Shown here piece by piece: positions 1 through 12,392 of a stretch of 64,000 nt of DNA. Numbering within the stretch: the stretch's first letter is position 1; each line of letters starts with the position of its first letter. The translations under genes and the position numbers were made by a program. The DNA comes from Zygnema circumcarinatum SAG 698-1b (taxonomy: Eukaryota; Plantae; Zygnematophyceae), in assembly GCA_037447605.1 (NCBI GenBank), contig CM074820.1, positions 744,001 to 808,000 on the forward strand. Direction: 5' to 3'. Under the pieces are notes generated by a model that saw only the letters and a list, made by a program, of their open reading frames with translations, was not told the DNA's origin and did not search any database.

Positions 1-3000
1 GCTGACAGAGGCGCTGCACGCAGCGCACCCAGCAGCCATGGACCTGGCCGAGCCGACGATGGGAGCGGCCATTTCCGAACCGCGAAGGTCCCGGCGGGGG
101 CACGCGAAGGCGAAACCTCGCGCGCGACGAATTGCGCGCGCGGCATACGCGAATCGAAACCACGCGCGACACCGACATCGCGCGCGACGAATTCGAAGTC
201 GAAAATTGTACGGACAATTTTTCACACGAAAACGGCTGACGGAGCCCGAAATTGGTCGGCGCGACGAACCTTCACGCCGTGACGTGACAAGTCGACAAAT
301 GTTCGCGGCCCCGGGCGGCGCGCGAAGTTTCACTCAGGGGAGTACGGAGCCGACATTCAATGGGGGAAACGCGTCCGTACACACGGACCTCCAATTCAAC
401 CAAGTTTCGGCACCGGCGACTTGGCCACGTGGCGTACAGCGGTCTGGAGACCCCGCGACGCAGAGTCTCGTAGGGGACGCTCCCCTTCACGACACTCACG
501 AAGACGGGAGAAGTCTGCCCCCACTACGCGGCGGCAAATTCACCGTCATCCCTTCACGACCCACGGCGCGGTGGAGTACCGCGTGACACGGAGGTTAGAA
601 CCGGCTTGCAGCGATCACTGTGGACCGATCACACCGAAGGGAGGAGAGAAGGTACATGATCACATTCTTGATCACTACTCAAGGATAGTCTGGACTGAGC
701 AGTTGGCGCAAAAGAGCGTGGCATTAGGGACCTTTCCTGCTTGACAGATAGAGGCAGAAAGGTAGTCCGGGAGAATTCAGAGATTCAGGATGGATAATGG
801 GGGAGAGAGTAGATGATCCCTCCAGCCCTCTGAATAGTCACAGTCCCTTGGGATTCCACACGCGTTCACGGCCCCGTATAGCCCACTGAGCACGGCGCAG
901 CCGAGAGAAAGTGAACCGTTCCCTTAGGCGACATGACAAGGTCGAGGCTTAGTAAGTCACCCTTCACCCCTGGGGAGAAGCGATCCTTACGGCGGCCTAC
1001 ACCCGGAAGAAGATGTCCCTCCAGCGCCCTGAAAGATTCCAAGGAGGTACCCGAAGAGGAGAGCACCAAGGAGAAACAGCACGCGCGGCCTCAAGAGGAG
1101 CCGCTCCCGGTACACGAAGTTTTCCCATTGAGAGGGGGTTCCCGGGAGGTGAGGNNNNNNNNNNGAGACAGTCGCAATCACGTGTGCTAAGGGAGCACAC
1201 ACGAAGGCGGCAAAGCAACGCACGCTTCCCACAGCGCGCTCAAGCTGCCGCCAAACTGCCCACGCTACGGATGGCGTGACGAGCAGCCAAGCCGCGAGTG
1301 CTGGGAGCACACGCGAAGGGGAGCAACGTGCACCTACGATAGTGCACTCAGCTACTATATAATTGCCCCCACGACGAACTGTCCGAGGAGCAATGAAGCC
1401 GTGCGTGCTGGGAGCACACACGAAGGATTGACGCGAGTCTCTCACGGCCCGCTCAACAATCAAGGAGCCTGCCCGCGCCACGGCCAGCGCGACGAGCAGA
1501 AGATCCGCGCACACCTCGGGGAGGGAGCGCGAAGGCGGACCACGCGCGCTAACGACAGCGCGCTCACGGACCGTAGTCCTGCTCACAACGCGAGGAGCAG
1601 TGACAAAGAACCGCACGAGCTGAGCGCAGCACGGGCGAAAGCGGAGGAGCTGCATGCGCTACGTACACCGCACGCAACGACCGCAACCTTACCCGCACCA
1701 CGGATGGTGCGAGTATCTTCAAATCAGCGAGCACCTTGGAGGCTGCCCGCAACGGCGGAGTCACGCGCGCCATCGACAGCGCGCGCAGCACCCCGCGGAT
1801 CTGCCCGCGCCATGGGGAGCACGAGCAGCATCATCAGAGCCGCAAGAGCCACGGGGAGCACTTGCGACGACGGAGCTGCATGCGCTATCGACAGCGCTTG
1901 CAATGACCGAGTACCTGCCCGCGTCACAGAGAACACGAGCAGCAAGACCCACGCGTGCTGAGCGTAGCATGCGTGAAGGGGGAGCATCGGCGAGCGCTTC
2001 GGACAGCGCGTCCCGCGACCTCAAAACCTGCAAGCACGCGAAAAGCGCGAGCAGGAACGCACCCCGATCGCTCTGGGGAGCGATCAAGATCATTACGACG
2101 CTGACAGAGGCGCTGCACGCAGCGCACCCAGCAGCCATGGACCTGGCCGAGCCGACGATGGGAGCGGCCATTTCCGAACCGCGAAGGTCCCGGCGGGGGC
2201 ACGCGAAGGCGAAACCTCGCGCGCGACGAATTGCGCGCGCGGCATACGCGAATCGAAACCACGCGCGACACCGACATCGCGCGCGACGAATTCGAAGTCG
2301 AAAATTGTACGGACAATTTTTCACACGAAAACGGCTGACGGAGCCCGAAATTGGTCGGCGCGACGAACCTTCACGCCGTGACGTGACAAGTCGACAAATG
2401 TTCGCGGCCCCGGGCGGCGCGCGAAGTTTCACTCAGGGGAGTACGGAGCCGACATTCAATGGGGGAAACGCGTCCGTACACACGGACCTCCAATTCAACC
2501 AAGTTTCGGCACCGGCGACTTGGCCACGTGGCGTACAGCGGTCTGGAGACCCCGCGACGCAGAGTCTCGTAAGGGGACGCTCCCCTTCACGACACACACG
2601 AAGACGGGTGACGACTGCCCCCACTAAACGGCGGCAAATTCACCGTCATCCCTTCACGACCCACGGCGCGGTGGAGTACCGCGTGACACGGAGGTTAGAA
2701 CCGGCTTGCAGCGATCACTGTGGACCGATCACACCGAAGGGAGGAGCGAAGGTACATGATCACATTCTTGATCACTACTCAAGGATAGTCTGGACTGAGC
2801 AGTTGGCGCAAAAGAGCGTGGCATTAGGGACCTTTCCTGCTTGACAGATAGAGGCAGAAAGGTAGTCCGGGAGAATTCAGAGATTCAGGATGGATAATGG
2901 GGGAGAGAGTAGATGATCCCTCCAGCCCTCTGAATAGTCACAGTCCCTTGGGATTCCACACGCGTTCACGGCCCCGTATAGCCCACTGAGCACGGCGCAG

Positions 3001-5070
3001 CCGAGAGAAAGTGAACCGTTCCCTTAGGCGACATGACAAGGTCGAGGCTTAGTAAGTCACCCTTCACCCCTGGGGAGAAGCGATCCTTACGGCGGCCTAC
3101 ACCCGGAAGAAGATGTCCCTCCAGCGCCCTGAAAGATTCCAAGGAGGTACCCGAAGAGGAGAGCACCAAGGAGAAACAGCACGCGCGGCCTCAAGAGGAG
3201 CCGCTCCCGGTACACGAAGTTTTCCCATTGAGAGGGGGTTCCCGGGAGGTGAGGATCTGCCCCACCAGCGTCCACTCCATTGGACTCAACGATCCAGCAG
3301 CGGCTGAAGCCACTGCAGCGCACCGAGGCGCTGCAATGAGGAGGACCGGCTTTCCAGGAGGAACAGCCCACATCGGCATTCCCAAGGGGGGGAACAGCCC
3401 GAATCGCCATTCCAGGAGGAACAGCGCAAAGACGACCTACCCGACGACGACTCTGACCATCACGGTCAAGTCATGACAGAGGAGAACGCGGAAGTGGCAC
3501 CGGCAACCAGGTACCCAGCAAGTGGCTACCTAGGCATGGTCAAGAACCATCCCTTCTCGGCACACGCCAAAGGGGTTTTACACCCAGCTTTGGCTCCACG
3601 CCAACCCCCTAGGGACAGGGGAGATACCAGACAGGTATGGGGAGTGGGAACAGCGACCAACGAGGAGGCCGACGCATAGGAGCACGGAGGGGAATGTCAA
3701 ACCGATTACCCCTCGACTCAGCCGAATTCGCGAAGATGGCCGACGGCCACATGGCACACTTTGAGGAGCCGCCAACGGACTCCGACGCACAGGAGGAAGC
3801 NNNNNNNNNNGTCTGAAGAAACCCGCGACGCAGAGTCTCGTAAGGGGACGCTCCCCTTCACGACACACACGAAGACGGGTGACGACTGCCCCCACTAAAC
3901 GGCGGCAAATTCACCGTCATCCCTTCACGACCCACGGCGCGGTGGAGTACCGCGTGACACGGAGGTTAGAACCGGCTTGCAGCGATCACTGTGGACCGAT
4001 CACACCGAAGGGAGGAGCGAAGGTACATGATCACATTCTTGATCACTACTCAAGGATAGTCTGGACTGAGCAGTTGGCGCAAAAGAGCGTGGCATTAGGG
4101 ACCTTTCCTGCTTGACAGATAGAGGCAGAAAGGTAGTCCGGGAGAATTCAGAGATTCAGGATGGATAATGGGGGAGAGAGTAGATGATCCCTCCAGCCCT
4201 CTGAATAGTCACAGTCCCTTGGGATTCCACACGCGTTCACGGCCCCGTATAGCCCACTGAGCACGGCGCAGCCGAGAGAAAGTGAACCGTTCCCTTAGGC
4301 GACATGACAAGGTCGAGGCTTAGTAAGTCACCCTTCACCCCTGGGGAGAAGCGATCCTTACGGCGGCCTACACCCGGAAGAAGATGTCCCTCCAGCGCCC
4401 TGAAAGATTCCAAGGAGGTACCCGAAGAGGAGAGCACCAAGGAGAAACAGCACGCGCGGCCTCAAGAGGAGCCGCTCCCGGTACACGAAGTTTTCCCATT
4501 GAGAGGGGGTTCCCGGGAGGTGAGGATCTGCCCCACCAGCGTCCACTCCATTGGACTCAACGATCCAGCAGCGGCTGAAGCCACTGCAGCGCACCGAGGC
4601 GCTGCAATGAGGAGGACCGGCTTTCCAGGAGGAACAGCCCACATCGGCATTCCCAAGGGGGGGAACAGCCCGAATCGCCATTCCAGGAGGAACAGCGCAA
4701 AGACGACCTACCCGACGACGACTCTGACCATCACGGTCAAGTCATGACAGAGGAGAACGCGGAAGTGGCACCGGCAACCAGGTACCCAGCAAGTGGCTAC
4801 CTAGGCATGGTCAAGAACCATCCCTTCTCGGCACACGCCAAAGGGGTTTTACACCCAGCTTTGGCTCCACGCCAACCCCCTAGGGACAGGGGAGATACCA
4901 GACAGGTATGGGGAGTGGGAACAGCGACCAACGAGGAGGCCGACGCATAGGAGCACGGAGGGGAATGTCAAACCGATTACCCCTCGACTCAGCCGAATTC
5001 GCGAAGATGGCCGACGGCCACATGGCACACTTTGAGGAGCCGCCAACGGACTCCGACGCACAGGAGGAAG
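1..5070. repeat. Near-identical kb-scale direct duplications inside the copia element
   Basis: 1-1154 matches 2101-3254; ~2540-3800 matches 3811-5070 (offset 1271). Both abut 10-N gaps (1155-1164, 3801-3810). Confidence 0.9.
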
Positions 5071-5611
5071 CGGACGCAGCGAAGTGGAGGGGCGGCATCA
5101 TCTCATGACTGAACAGCCTGAAGGGGAAGGGGACGCAGCGCGCGGACCCGCTGTCCCGCGACGGAAGGCATTCAGCAAGCGGGAGGCAGTAAGGAGAATC
5201 GATCAACATCTCGATATCTCGAACCGACACGATCTCACAAATGGAGTCCGATTTGAGAGGGGGAGCGGCGGTCCCGTGTACGGACATACGGCCGCAGATT
5301 GGAGGAGTGACCCGGATACGAGGAGTGATCCGAATACGGCCAGATCTTCATCAGGAGACGCGTATCGTCACACACGCGGCGTCAGCTCATCAATCAAGCT
5401 TGCTCCAGAATCACGATCTTCATAAAAGGGGTGAGCGTATCCAGACCCAGCACCACTGAGCGCGGGAGCCAGTGGGGGCGGGCAGAGTCGCAGAATCTTT
5501 TGTAAATAGAAAAACTAGCGACAGACCAGGGGGTCAAAGGGCCAATCACGTGGAAGAAAAATGTCCTCCCGGATCTCGGTCCATTTAGAGCCTAGGCCCC
5601 AAGAGGGGGAA

Positions 5612-6486
5612 TGTTGTACGGGCCTAGAGGCCGTACAACGTTTGGCGCATAGTCTCTAGCGAATAATGAACTAGACGAGAACATCAAGCGACAAGGCTGG
5701 TCGCGCGAACAGATGTGACGCGACAAGTTCTGGTACCGATACGAAACGGAGTATCGGCACGAGCGGACGCGAATCGACATATCGGACGCGGGCGCGCGCG
5801 CGGGCGCGCGAGTCGCTAAGTCCCGACTATGGGCGGGCGCGAACGCGAGTGGGCGCGCGGAGTCGTCAAGTTCGGAAACTGTACGGACGCGCGAACCCGC
5901 CTACCTTCGGCGGAATAGCGACTCAGGCGCGACGGCCGCGAAGGAGACGACGGCAGCCGGAAAAGCTCAAGGGCCGAGAAGGGGACCATCGACGGCGAAG
6001 CGCCACGGGTCCCCTATTGCCGGATGCATGGCCCTTGCACGCCGGCAGAGGTGACCGGGTCACCTGCTGCCGCGACTACATAACTGCTCAGCTGCGCTGA
6101 ATTGATGAACTTCCAATCTCACACTAGGGGTAGTGTGCAGCGAGGTGGAACGTTCAACCTCATAACACATGCCATTAGGGGCGTGTAGCGAGCTGAGGCC
6201 GAGCCTGTAGTTAAGGAGAGGAATAGTGCTGCTAGTCTTGGGAAATAGAAAGTGGGGTAGTGCAAGCTGCATTAAGCGGCCTGGGGCTGCTTGAATCTGT
6301 TGTACTTCACCTCCATAAGAAAATCAGAGTTTTATGCCCGGTGGGGCTTTCTCTACCTTTGTGTTCTAGTCATACATCTGTCTTGAGCTTTCCTTTCGCG
6401 AAACGGCTGCTGCGAAGATGTCTACGACTCAGGAACAGAGTGGAGGCGACTCTGTAGAGGGTGGTTCCACGATGGAATTACCAACA
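5612..6486 (+). mobile_element. 3' LTR of the copia element (875 bp)
   Basis: Begins TGTTG (5612) and ends CAACA (6486), immediately after polypurine tract AAGAGGGGGAA (5601-5611). Confidence 0.85.
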
Positions 6487-6499
6487 CGCTTCACTTATG

Positions 6500-6754
6500 T
6501 GTTGTATAGCAAATAACCATGGACAGATTTCGGAAGGACCCGGTCCTGGAGATGGCGATGTTCGAAAAAATCGAAAAAATTTCGGAAACATAAGATCGTG
6601 ATGAAAAAAGGTTCGTACTTACGCTCACACTCATGTATTGTATAGCAAATAACCATGGACAGATTTCGGAAGGACCCGGTCCTGGAGATGACGATGTTCG
6701 AAAAAATCGAAAAAAATTCGGAAACATAAGATCGTGATGAAAAAAGGTTCGTAC

Positions 6755-6755
<1 letters not shown>
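6500..6755. repeat. ~120-bp direct repeat, two copies
   Basis: TGTATAGCAAATAACCATGGACAG...GGTTCGTACTT at ~6504-6620 and ~6639-6755. Confidence 0.9.
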
Positions 6756-6813
<58 letters not shown>

Positions 6814-6967
6814 AGTGTGTGTGTGTGTGGGTGTTGTGTGTGTGTGTGTGTGTGTGTGTGTGAGTGTTTGTGATTGTGTATTTTCGTGTGTGACTTTCAC
6901 AAAAAAAAAAAACAACACACACAACAACCACAAACAACAAAAACAAACAACAAAAACACAACAAAAA

Positions 6968-7003
<36 letters not shown>

Positions 7004-7030
7004 CTTTCACAAACAAAAAAAAAAAAAAAA
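6756..7030. repeat. Compound microsatellite (GT)n, (CAA)n, poly-A
   Basis: Read directly from the sequence. Confidence 0.95.
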
Positions 7031-7369
7031 CTCTCTCAATATTACAACATAAGGCCAAATGTTGTAATATTTAGATTGTTTTTTTTTTAAAACCACACAC
7101 AAACTGCGAAAACAGAATGTGGCCACATTCTGTCGTAGCAGTTTGTGTGTGGTTTTTTTTTGGTTTTTTTCCCATTTTAGGGCTACGTGGCAACACCTGA
7201 TTGGATAACAAACATCCAAAAACACACTACAGCACCAACGTGGCAATTTCTGACTGGATAAGAAGTATAACTAATTCCGTTCGTGCTAACCAATAGGAAT
7301 GCACCACGTGGCCACTTTAAACACGCTACGCAAATACCCTATTTACAACAATACGTCCCGTAAAACATC

Positions 7370-7990
7370 ATAACCACAAACTGTCGTACATAGAAAATGA
7401 CACGTGGCAATCACAGAATCGGTACGAGATATACCACATTTTCTACGCATTAAATCCGACGAAACACACAACCAATCATGACGCGCGACGTGGCAACGTC
7501 AGACTCGCGGAAACTATACCCCATTTTCATTAAATTCATCATTCACAACCTAACCGAATCCGTACACCACATAAAACATCAAAATCGAACGCCGTCGCAC
7601 GAAGTATCGACACGTGGCAATGACAGAATGGGAACGCAATATACCCCATTTTCTGCGCATTCGATCCAACGAAACGCACAACCAATCAGGACGCGCGACG
7701 TGGCAACGTCAGACTCGCGGAAATTATACCCCAATTTCATTAAATTCATCGTTCACAACCTAACCGAATCCGTACGCCACATAAAACACGCCGTCGTACG
7801 TACAAAGTGACACGTGGCAATGACAGAATAAGTACGCGATCTACCCCATTTTCGGCGCATTCGATCCAACGAAAAGCACAACCAGTAAGGACGCGCAACG
7901 TGGCAAAGTCAGACTCGCGGCAACTATACCCCATTTTCATTAAATTAATCTTTGACAACATAATCGAACCCGTCGTACGGATCAAAACGA
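7370..7990. repeat. Three diverged ~200-bp tandem units rich in ACGTGGC; probable subterminal region of a DNA transposon
   Basis: Recurring GACACGTGGCAAT...ATACCCCATTTT...GACGCGC(G/A)ACGTGGCAA(C/A)GTCAGACTCGCGG at ~7400, ~7610 and ~7810. Confidence 0.8.
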
Positions 7991-8025
7991 CCGCAAAGCT
8001 TTTGCCTACGGCAACGCAAAAATTC

Positions 8026-8930
8026 GGGTAACTCTACTGCACCCCCGCGTTTTGTCTTTCGCACCCCCGTTTTGAAATTTTTTTCTGCCCGTTTTGATTA
8101 TCCCCCAGTTTTGAATATTTCGCGAAAAAATCTTTTTCCCGCCCCTTTCGTCCCGTCCTCTGGCTCCTGTTGCGAAACGCTATATAATTAAATGTATGGT
8201 CGACCATTTACATCCGCGGTTGCCTTTTAACGGTAAAGTTAATGGGTTGGTACCGGGAGAGTACCGTGTTTGGACCTTATAGGAAGCTTGTTTGTTTCAT
8301 TCCCCCTCCCTTCATTGTTTTTTGGACATTCCATCCCCTCGTTTTCTCCTTTTCACTATTGACTTCCAACAATGTGCGACAAAAGAAAAGGGGATTTGCA
8401 TTGGTCTCAAGATGGTGAGGCCATCAAATAAACATGGACAAAGTCAACATGGGAACCACAAGAAATTAGTCGCAAATGAAACAAGAACAAAAAAAAAAAA
8501 CTAGGAACAAAAAACTAAACTAAACTAAGCTTAAGTACAAAAACGCAACCTTAAACGCAACTGCAAAGGTCACCAATGTTGGGCAACTGTTACTCTCTGT
8601 TTTCAGGTTACCCCTAATTAAGGCAAGATCTTAAATTGTGGCCTGCTTGCTTGCAATTGCAACATTTTTTCCCTTCAACGTACTCGAAATAGCTCTTGTC
8701 CCGGCTGATTGCCAAACTGCGCGCGCCGGAAGGTCGACCTCGTTCCTTCATAACCGGGTGAGGGTTTTGCAACCGCAATGGTTCGAGGGGGGGCAGCGGA
8801 GGAGACGAAAGGGGCGGGAAAAAGATTTTTTCCCGAAATATTCAAAACTGGAGGGTAACCAAAACGGGCAGGCAAAATTTTCAAAACGGGGGTGCGAAAG
8901 ACAAAACGCGGGGGTGCAGTAGAGTTACCC
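8026..8930. mobile_element. Non-autonomous TIR element, MULE-like
   Basis: ~135-bp terminal inverted repeats GGGTAACTCTACTGCACCCCCGCG...CGCGGGGGTGCAGTAGAGTTACCC. Flanks CAAAAATTC / AAAAAAATC resemble a degenerate 9-bp TSD. No transposase ORF. Confidence 0.8.
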
Positions 8931-9519
8931 AAAAAAATCTCGTAATACTAAGAACTCGATATTCGTAACATTTCGAGTCAACGTCAGTAAAACTAAAATT
9001 CTCGAGCGTAGTTTTTCGCACTCGCGGCGCGGTCCTGTTCGCACTCCGCGATCGCCGTCTTCGCACTTCTCCAAACGCCGTCTTCGCAACTTCGCCCTCG
9101 CGCGGGGCCCTCAGACTTAGAAACAGCGCCGGCGCGGCGCGCGCAGACCGCTTGTCGTTGTGTCGTGTTGCGCGTCACGGGCGGGCGCGGGCGCGGGCGG
9201 GAAGCCGGGAAAACAACCATGACGTCACGTTGACGCGATTTTCGCCAGTATTTTCTTCGCACGTCCATTTCGGCGCCTCTTTTGGGTGCGAACAAAATCA
9301 TGCGAAGAAGTGCCCTTTTTAGTAAACCCCACGGGTCAATCTTCGCAACGTTGACCCGTTGACTTAGCACAGTTGACTTCCGTTCGGTTCGGTTTAGGTT
9401 CGGGGGGGCGATGATTTTTAGTACTTAGTAACCTCGATTCTCGTAATACTAAAAACTCGATATTCGTAACATTTTGTTAAGTCTGACACGCCCTACTGTA
9501 AATAGTCGCCCCCTATTTT

Positions 9520-10400
9520 CGCCATGGTTTCGGCAAATACTGGGCGAAAATATTGTAATTTGCAAATATAAGGTCCGTGTTACCAATAGGCGAGAGGTAT
9601 TATGTTAGAGTTCATGTCTGTCCGTACATATCGTATCGTACCGTGCTTTAGATACACGAGCTCATATTGGTGCCGCGCCTATACCGTACGATTTAGAGAT
9701 TCTATTCGTACTTACCGTACAGCGTTAAAGCGTGACCCATGTTTGAAATCCGTTTCAATTAACAGATTTTGTATTGGAGAATAGGTCAGGTTAGGTTAAC
9801 ACCCCTAATAAGTTAACATTGAGTTACCGTACAAAAAGGTGGTTTCGGCAAAATCGGGGCGAATTTCCTGGGGACGCACTGTACAAGGTGGAAAATATTA
9901 TGGGGGTCCACTGTATCGGCATGGGGGACCGGCAGCAGGGCTATCCAATGGTAGACTGCCACGTAGCAACCTCTGACCCAAAAGGGTCAGGTAAGGACAA
10001 CGTTTCCGTAGGCTCGCCGCATCTCGCGGGCCGCGCCGCGCACGTCGGTGCACAGTCGGATCCTGCGCGCGAGGCGCGGGGTCCGATTGACTACAAGATC
10101 TCTACTCCCCAAAGATCCAAGGGGGGGCGTGATTAGCCAAAATGAAAGTACAGTTTTTTCCCGAAAGGGGGCGCGGATATCCAAAAAGTGGGGCGCCTGT
10201 ATCATTTTCCAGAAATTCGCCCTGATTTTGAGGAAACCACTTTTCGTACGGTAAGTCTGTGTTAATGTATTAGTGGTGTTAACCTAACCTGACCTATTTT
10301 TCAATACAAAATCTGTTAATCGAAGCGGGTTTCGAACATGGGTCACGCTTTCCCGCTGTACAATAAGTACGGATGAAAATCTCATATGGCACCAATAGGA
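9520..10400. mobile_element. Truncated, rearranged copy of the TIR element family also found at 39274-40295
   Basis: 9520-10210 is the reverse complement of 39274-39960. 10212-10400 is a second, inverted partial copy of the internal sequence at 9660-9870. Confidence 0.85.
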
Positions 10401-11147
10401 GCTCGCGACAGGGCCCGCCGGGCGGCCATGCGCCTCCGTACAGAGAGAAACAGTACGGCCGCAGGCTGGACTCTAACATACAGTAATCGTAATAAACATC
10501 GACTACTGTCGGCGTTCACACATCTAGTTTTGCGCTGTACGGTTACGTGGTGCCCATACCCCTATCGTCAAACCATGTCAATATTTGAACGATACGGTGC
10601 GGTTCAGTGTATCGGCCTGGAATACAATCGAATATATCGCGATATGCTCAGTGTCTAAGGCAGAGCTTAGGGCGGTGCAGCAGCTCCTCTGAAGGGCCAT
10701 GGCCATGGCTGCTTCACATTGCAGTAAGATAAGGGCTAAGATCATCATAGCCGCATCATTGATGGCTTTAAATTCCATAGATTCCTTGAATCCGAGGTTT
10801 TCTTTAAGATCCACTGTAGTTCTGTAATTTTTAAATGTACTGTTTTTTTACTCTTTTCTTTTTTAAAGCTTTACTGTAGTTGTATTGTGACTCTTGCGCG
10901 ATTTTTTAATTTTCCTGAAGAGCAGCTATAGCTGGGTTTTCCTGGAGTCAACAGTCTGTATTGGAGCCGTAAGCATTTTTTGCGGTCACGGATTCATGTT
11001 ATTCTGGCACGGTGTTGCAGATTTTATGGCAGATTCAACATGATGAGTGGTGGAATTTGATTTTTTATCGCTGGCTGTGGAAAAGAAATAAGATCGCTAA
11101 GCAGAAATATTGATTTGGCAGTAGTGAAAGCTGAGCAGGGCAGTGAC

Positions 11148-12392
11148 ATGACACTCCAAATGAATATTTCTACGCCGCTTTCACTAGGGGGAAGAGATTT
11201 TTGGTCTGGAAACAATCACGCAAGATGTGTTTCAGCAGCAGCTGACGTAGACTCTGCTTTCCAAGGCTCTCCAAAACCAGCTTCAAAAAGAACTTTTGGA
11301 GGAGGTGAAGTCCAAGCGCGGATTTTGGAGAGCGTTCGATCTGCAAATCGCATCAAGCATGTAGTGAAGGTGGATCGCCTCGCAGACCACGAGTTGGCAG
11401 GAGCTCGAGTGCTTTATTTCGACGATTTTCGCTATGCAGACAGCGTGTATTGGCCTGACAGAGTCCTGACAGACTCATATTATGATGAATTTGGACTGCT
11501 GCCTGCTCTTGCACCGAAAGGATCAATAGGAATTTTAGGTCTTGGAGGCGGCACTATTGCAAGAGTCTTGCTTGCTTTCTGGAAGGGGCTTTTTGTAGAA
11601 GGCTGGGAGATAGACGAGAAGGTTGTTTGGCTTGCAAGGAAGTACTTCGGACTTGCTGATCTTGAATGTATCAGCAATGTCCGCGATGGCAGAAAGTTTG
11701 TAGGGAAGCTGCAAATAGATTGTGAATCGGGGGGAAGCAGCAGCAGCAGCAGCAGCAGCAGACGAAGAAGATCAAGAAGCAGGAAGCAGCCGGAAACATT
11801 TTCGAAGAAGTACAAGAATTCCGATCGCACTGATGGGTCTATTGATTCCTTTGCAAAAGAAACGGAAAGGTCCTATGGGAAGAGGCATGAGAGTGACATG
11901 TATCCTGAGGATCACAATGGTATAACTTGTAGAGGGCGGCTGAAAGTACACATAGGAGATGCATTAGGTGAGGATCTTGTTGATGCGGAGGGCAAATGCT
12001 TTGCAGGTCTTGCAGTAGACCTATTCAATGGAAGTTCAATTTTGCCTGCGCTCAGAGAGGAAACCACCTGGCAAAAGTTGAAGCAAAGAGTGATGCCAGG
12101 GGGTCGCATAATGATCAACTGCGGGGGGTCAATAGAGGGAATGGAGCTTCAAGCTGTGAATGAGAGGCAGGCATGGGAGAGGACAGTTCAGGATGTGGCT
12201 TCAGCTTTACATAAAGTGTTTCCAGGGGAGGTCTCCATGAAGCAGCTTCAAGGGCAAGGGAAGAACTTCTTGTTGTTGACAGGTCCTGTTGTCAGCAGCT
12301 GTGCGATAGAGAATGAAGTTCCAAAGGAGCTCACAAGGTGTCTTGACGGATGGCAGGGTGTCTCGCACGCAGAGATTTTTCCAAGACTATGA
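11148..12392 (+). CDS. SAM-dependent methyltransferase of the plant spermidine-synthase-like family; single coding exon, probable organellar transit peptide
   Basis: ORF with motif I GILGLGGGT, acidic EGWEIDE, VHIGDAL and VDLF...GGRIMINCGG. First ATG is at 11148. Confidence 0.85.
   Translation: MTLQMNISTPLSLGGRDFWSGNNHARCVSAAADVDSAFQGSPKPASKRTFGGGEVQARILESVRSANRIKHVVKVDRLADHELAGARVLYFDDFRYADSVYWPDRVLTDSYYDEFGLLPALAPKGSIGILGLGGGTIARVLLAFWKGLFVEGWEIDEKVVWLARKYFGLADLECISNVRDGRKFVGKLQIDCESGGSSSSSSSSRRRRSRSRKQPETFSKKYKNSDRTDGSIDSFAKETERSYGKRHESDMYPEDHNGITCRGRLKVHIGDALGEDLVDAEGKCFAGLAVDLFNGSSILPALREETTWQKLKQRVMPGGRIMINCGGSIEGMELQAVNERQAWERTVQDVASALHKVFPGEVSMKQLQGQGKNFLLLTGPVVSSCAIENEVPKELTRCLDGWQGVSHAEIFPRL

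Larger units (their letters stand above)
1..6486 (+). mobile_element. Decayed, internally deleted Ty1/copia LTR retrotransposon (5' end outside window)
   Basis: Degenerate pol motifs in copia order. GAG-pre-integrase (R)HRRLGH at ~407-430 and ~2507-2530. Integrase LDHYSRIVW, RIQRFRMDNGGE, GIPHAFTAPYSP and WGEAILTAAY at ~660-1010, 2760-3110 and 4030-4380. Pre-RT linker EEPPTDSDAQEEADAAKW at ~5030-5090. RNase H start YGHTAADWRSDPDT at ~5280-5320. Then PPT and LTR. Many stops and frameshifts; RT core not seen. Confidence 0.85.

Noticed and set aside
1654-2844. 396-aa ORF as a novel gene
   Set aside because: GC-rich open frame inside the decayed copia element. Only its 3' end matches integrase, and that with frameshifts.
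11148-12392. Recent bacterial horizontal transfer of the intronless methyltransferase
   Set aside because: Motif spacing matches the plant family and there is a transit-like N-terminus. Lack of introns alone is not evidence.
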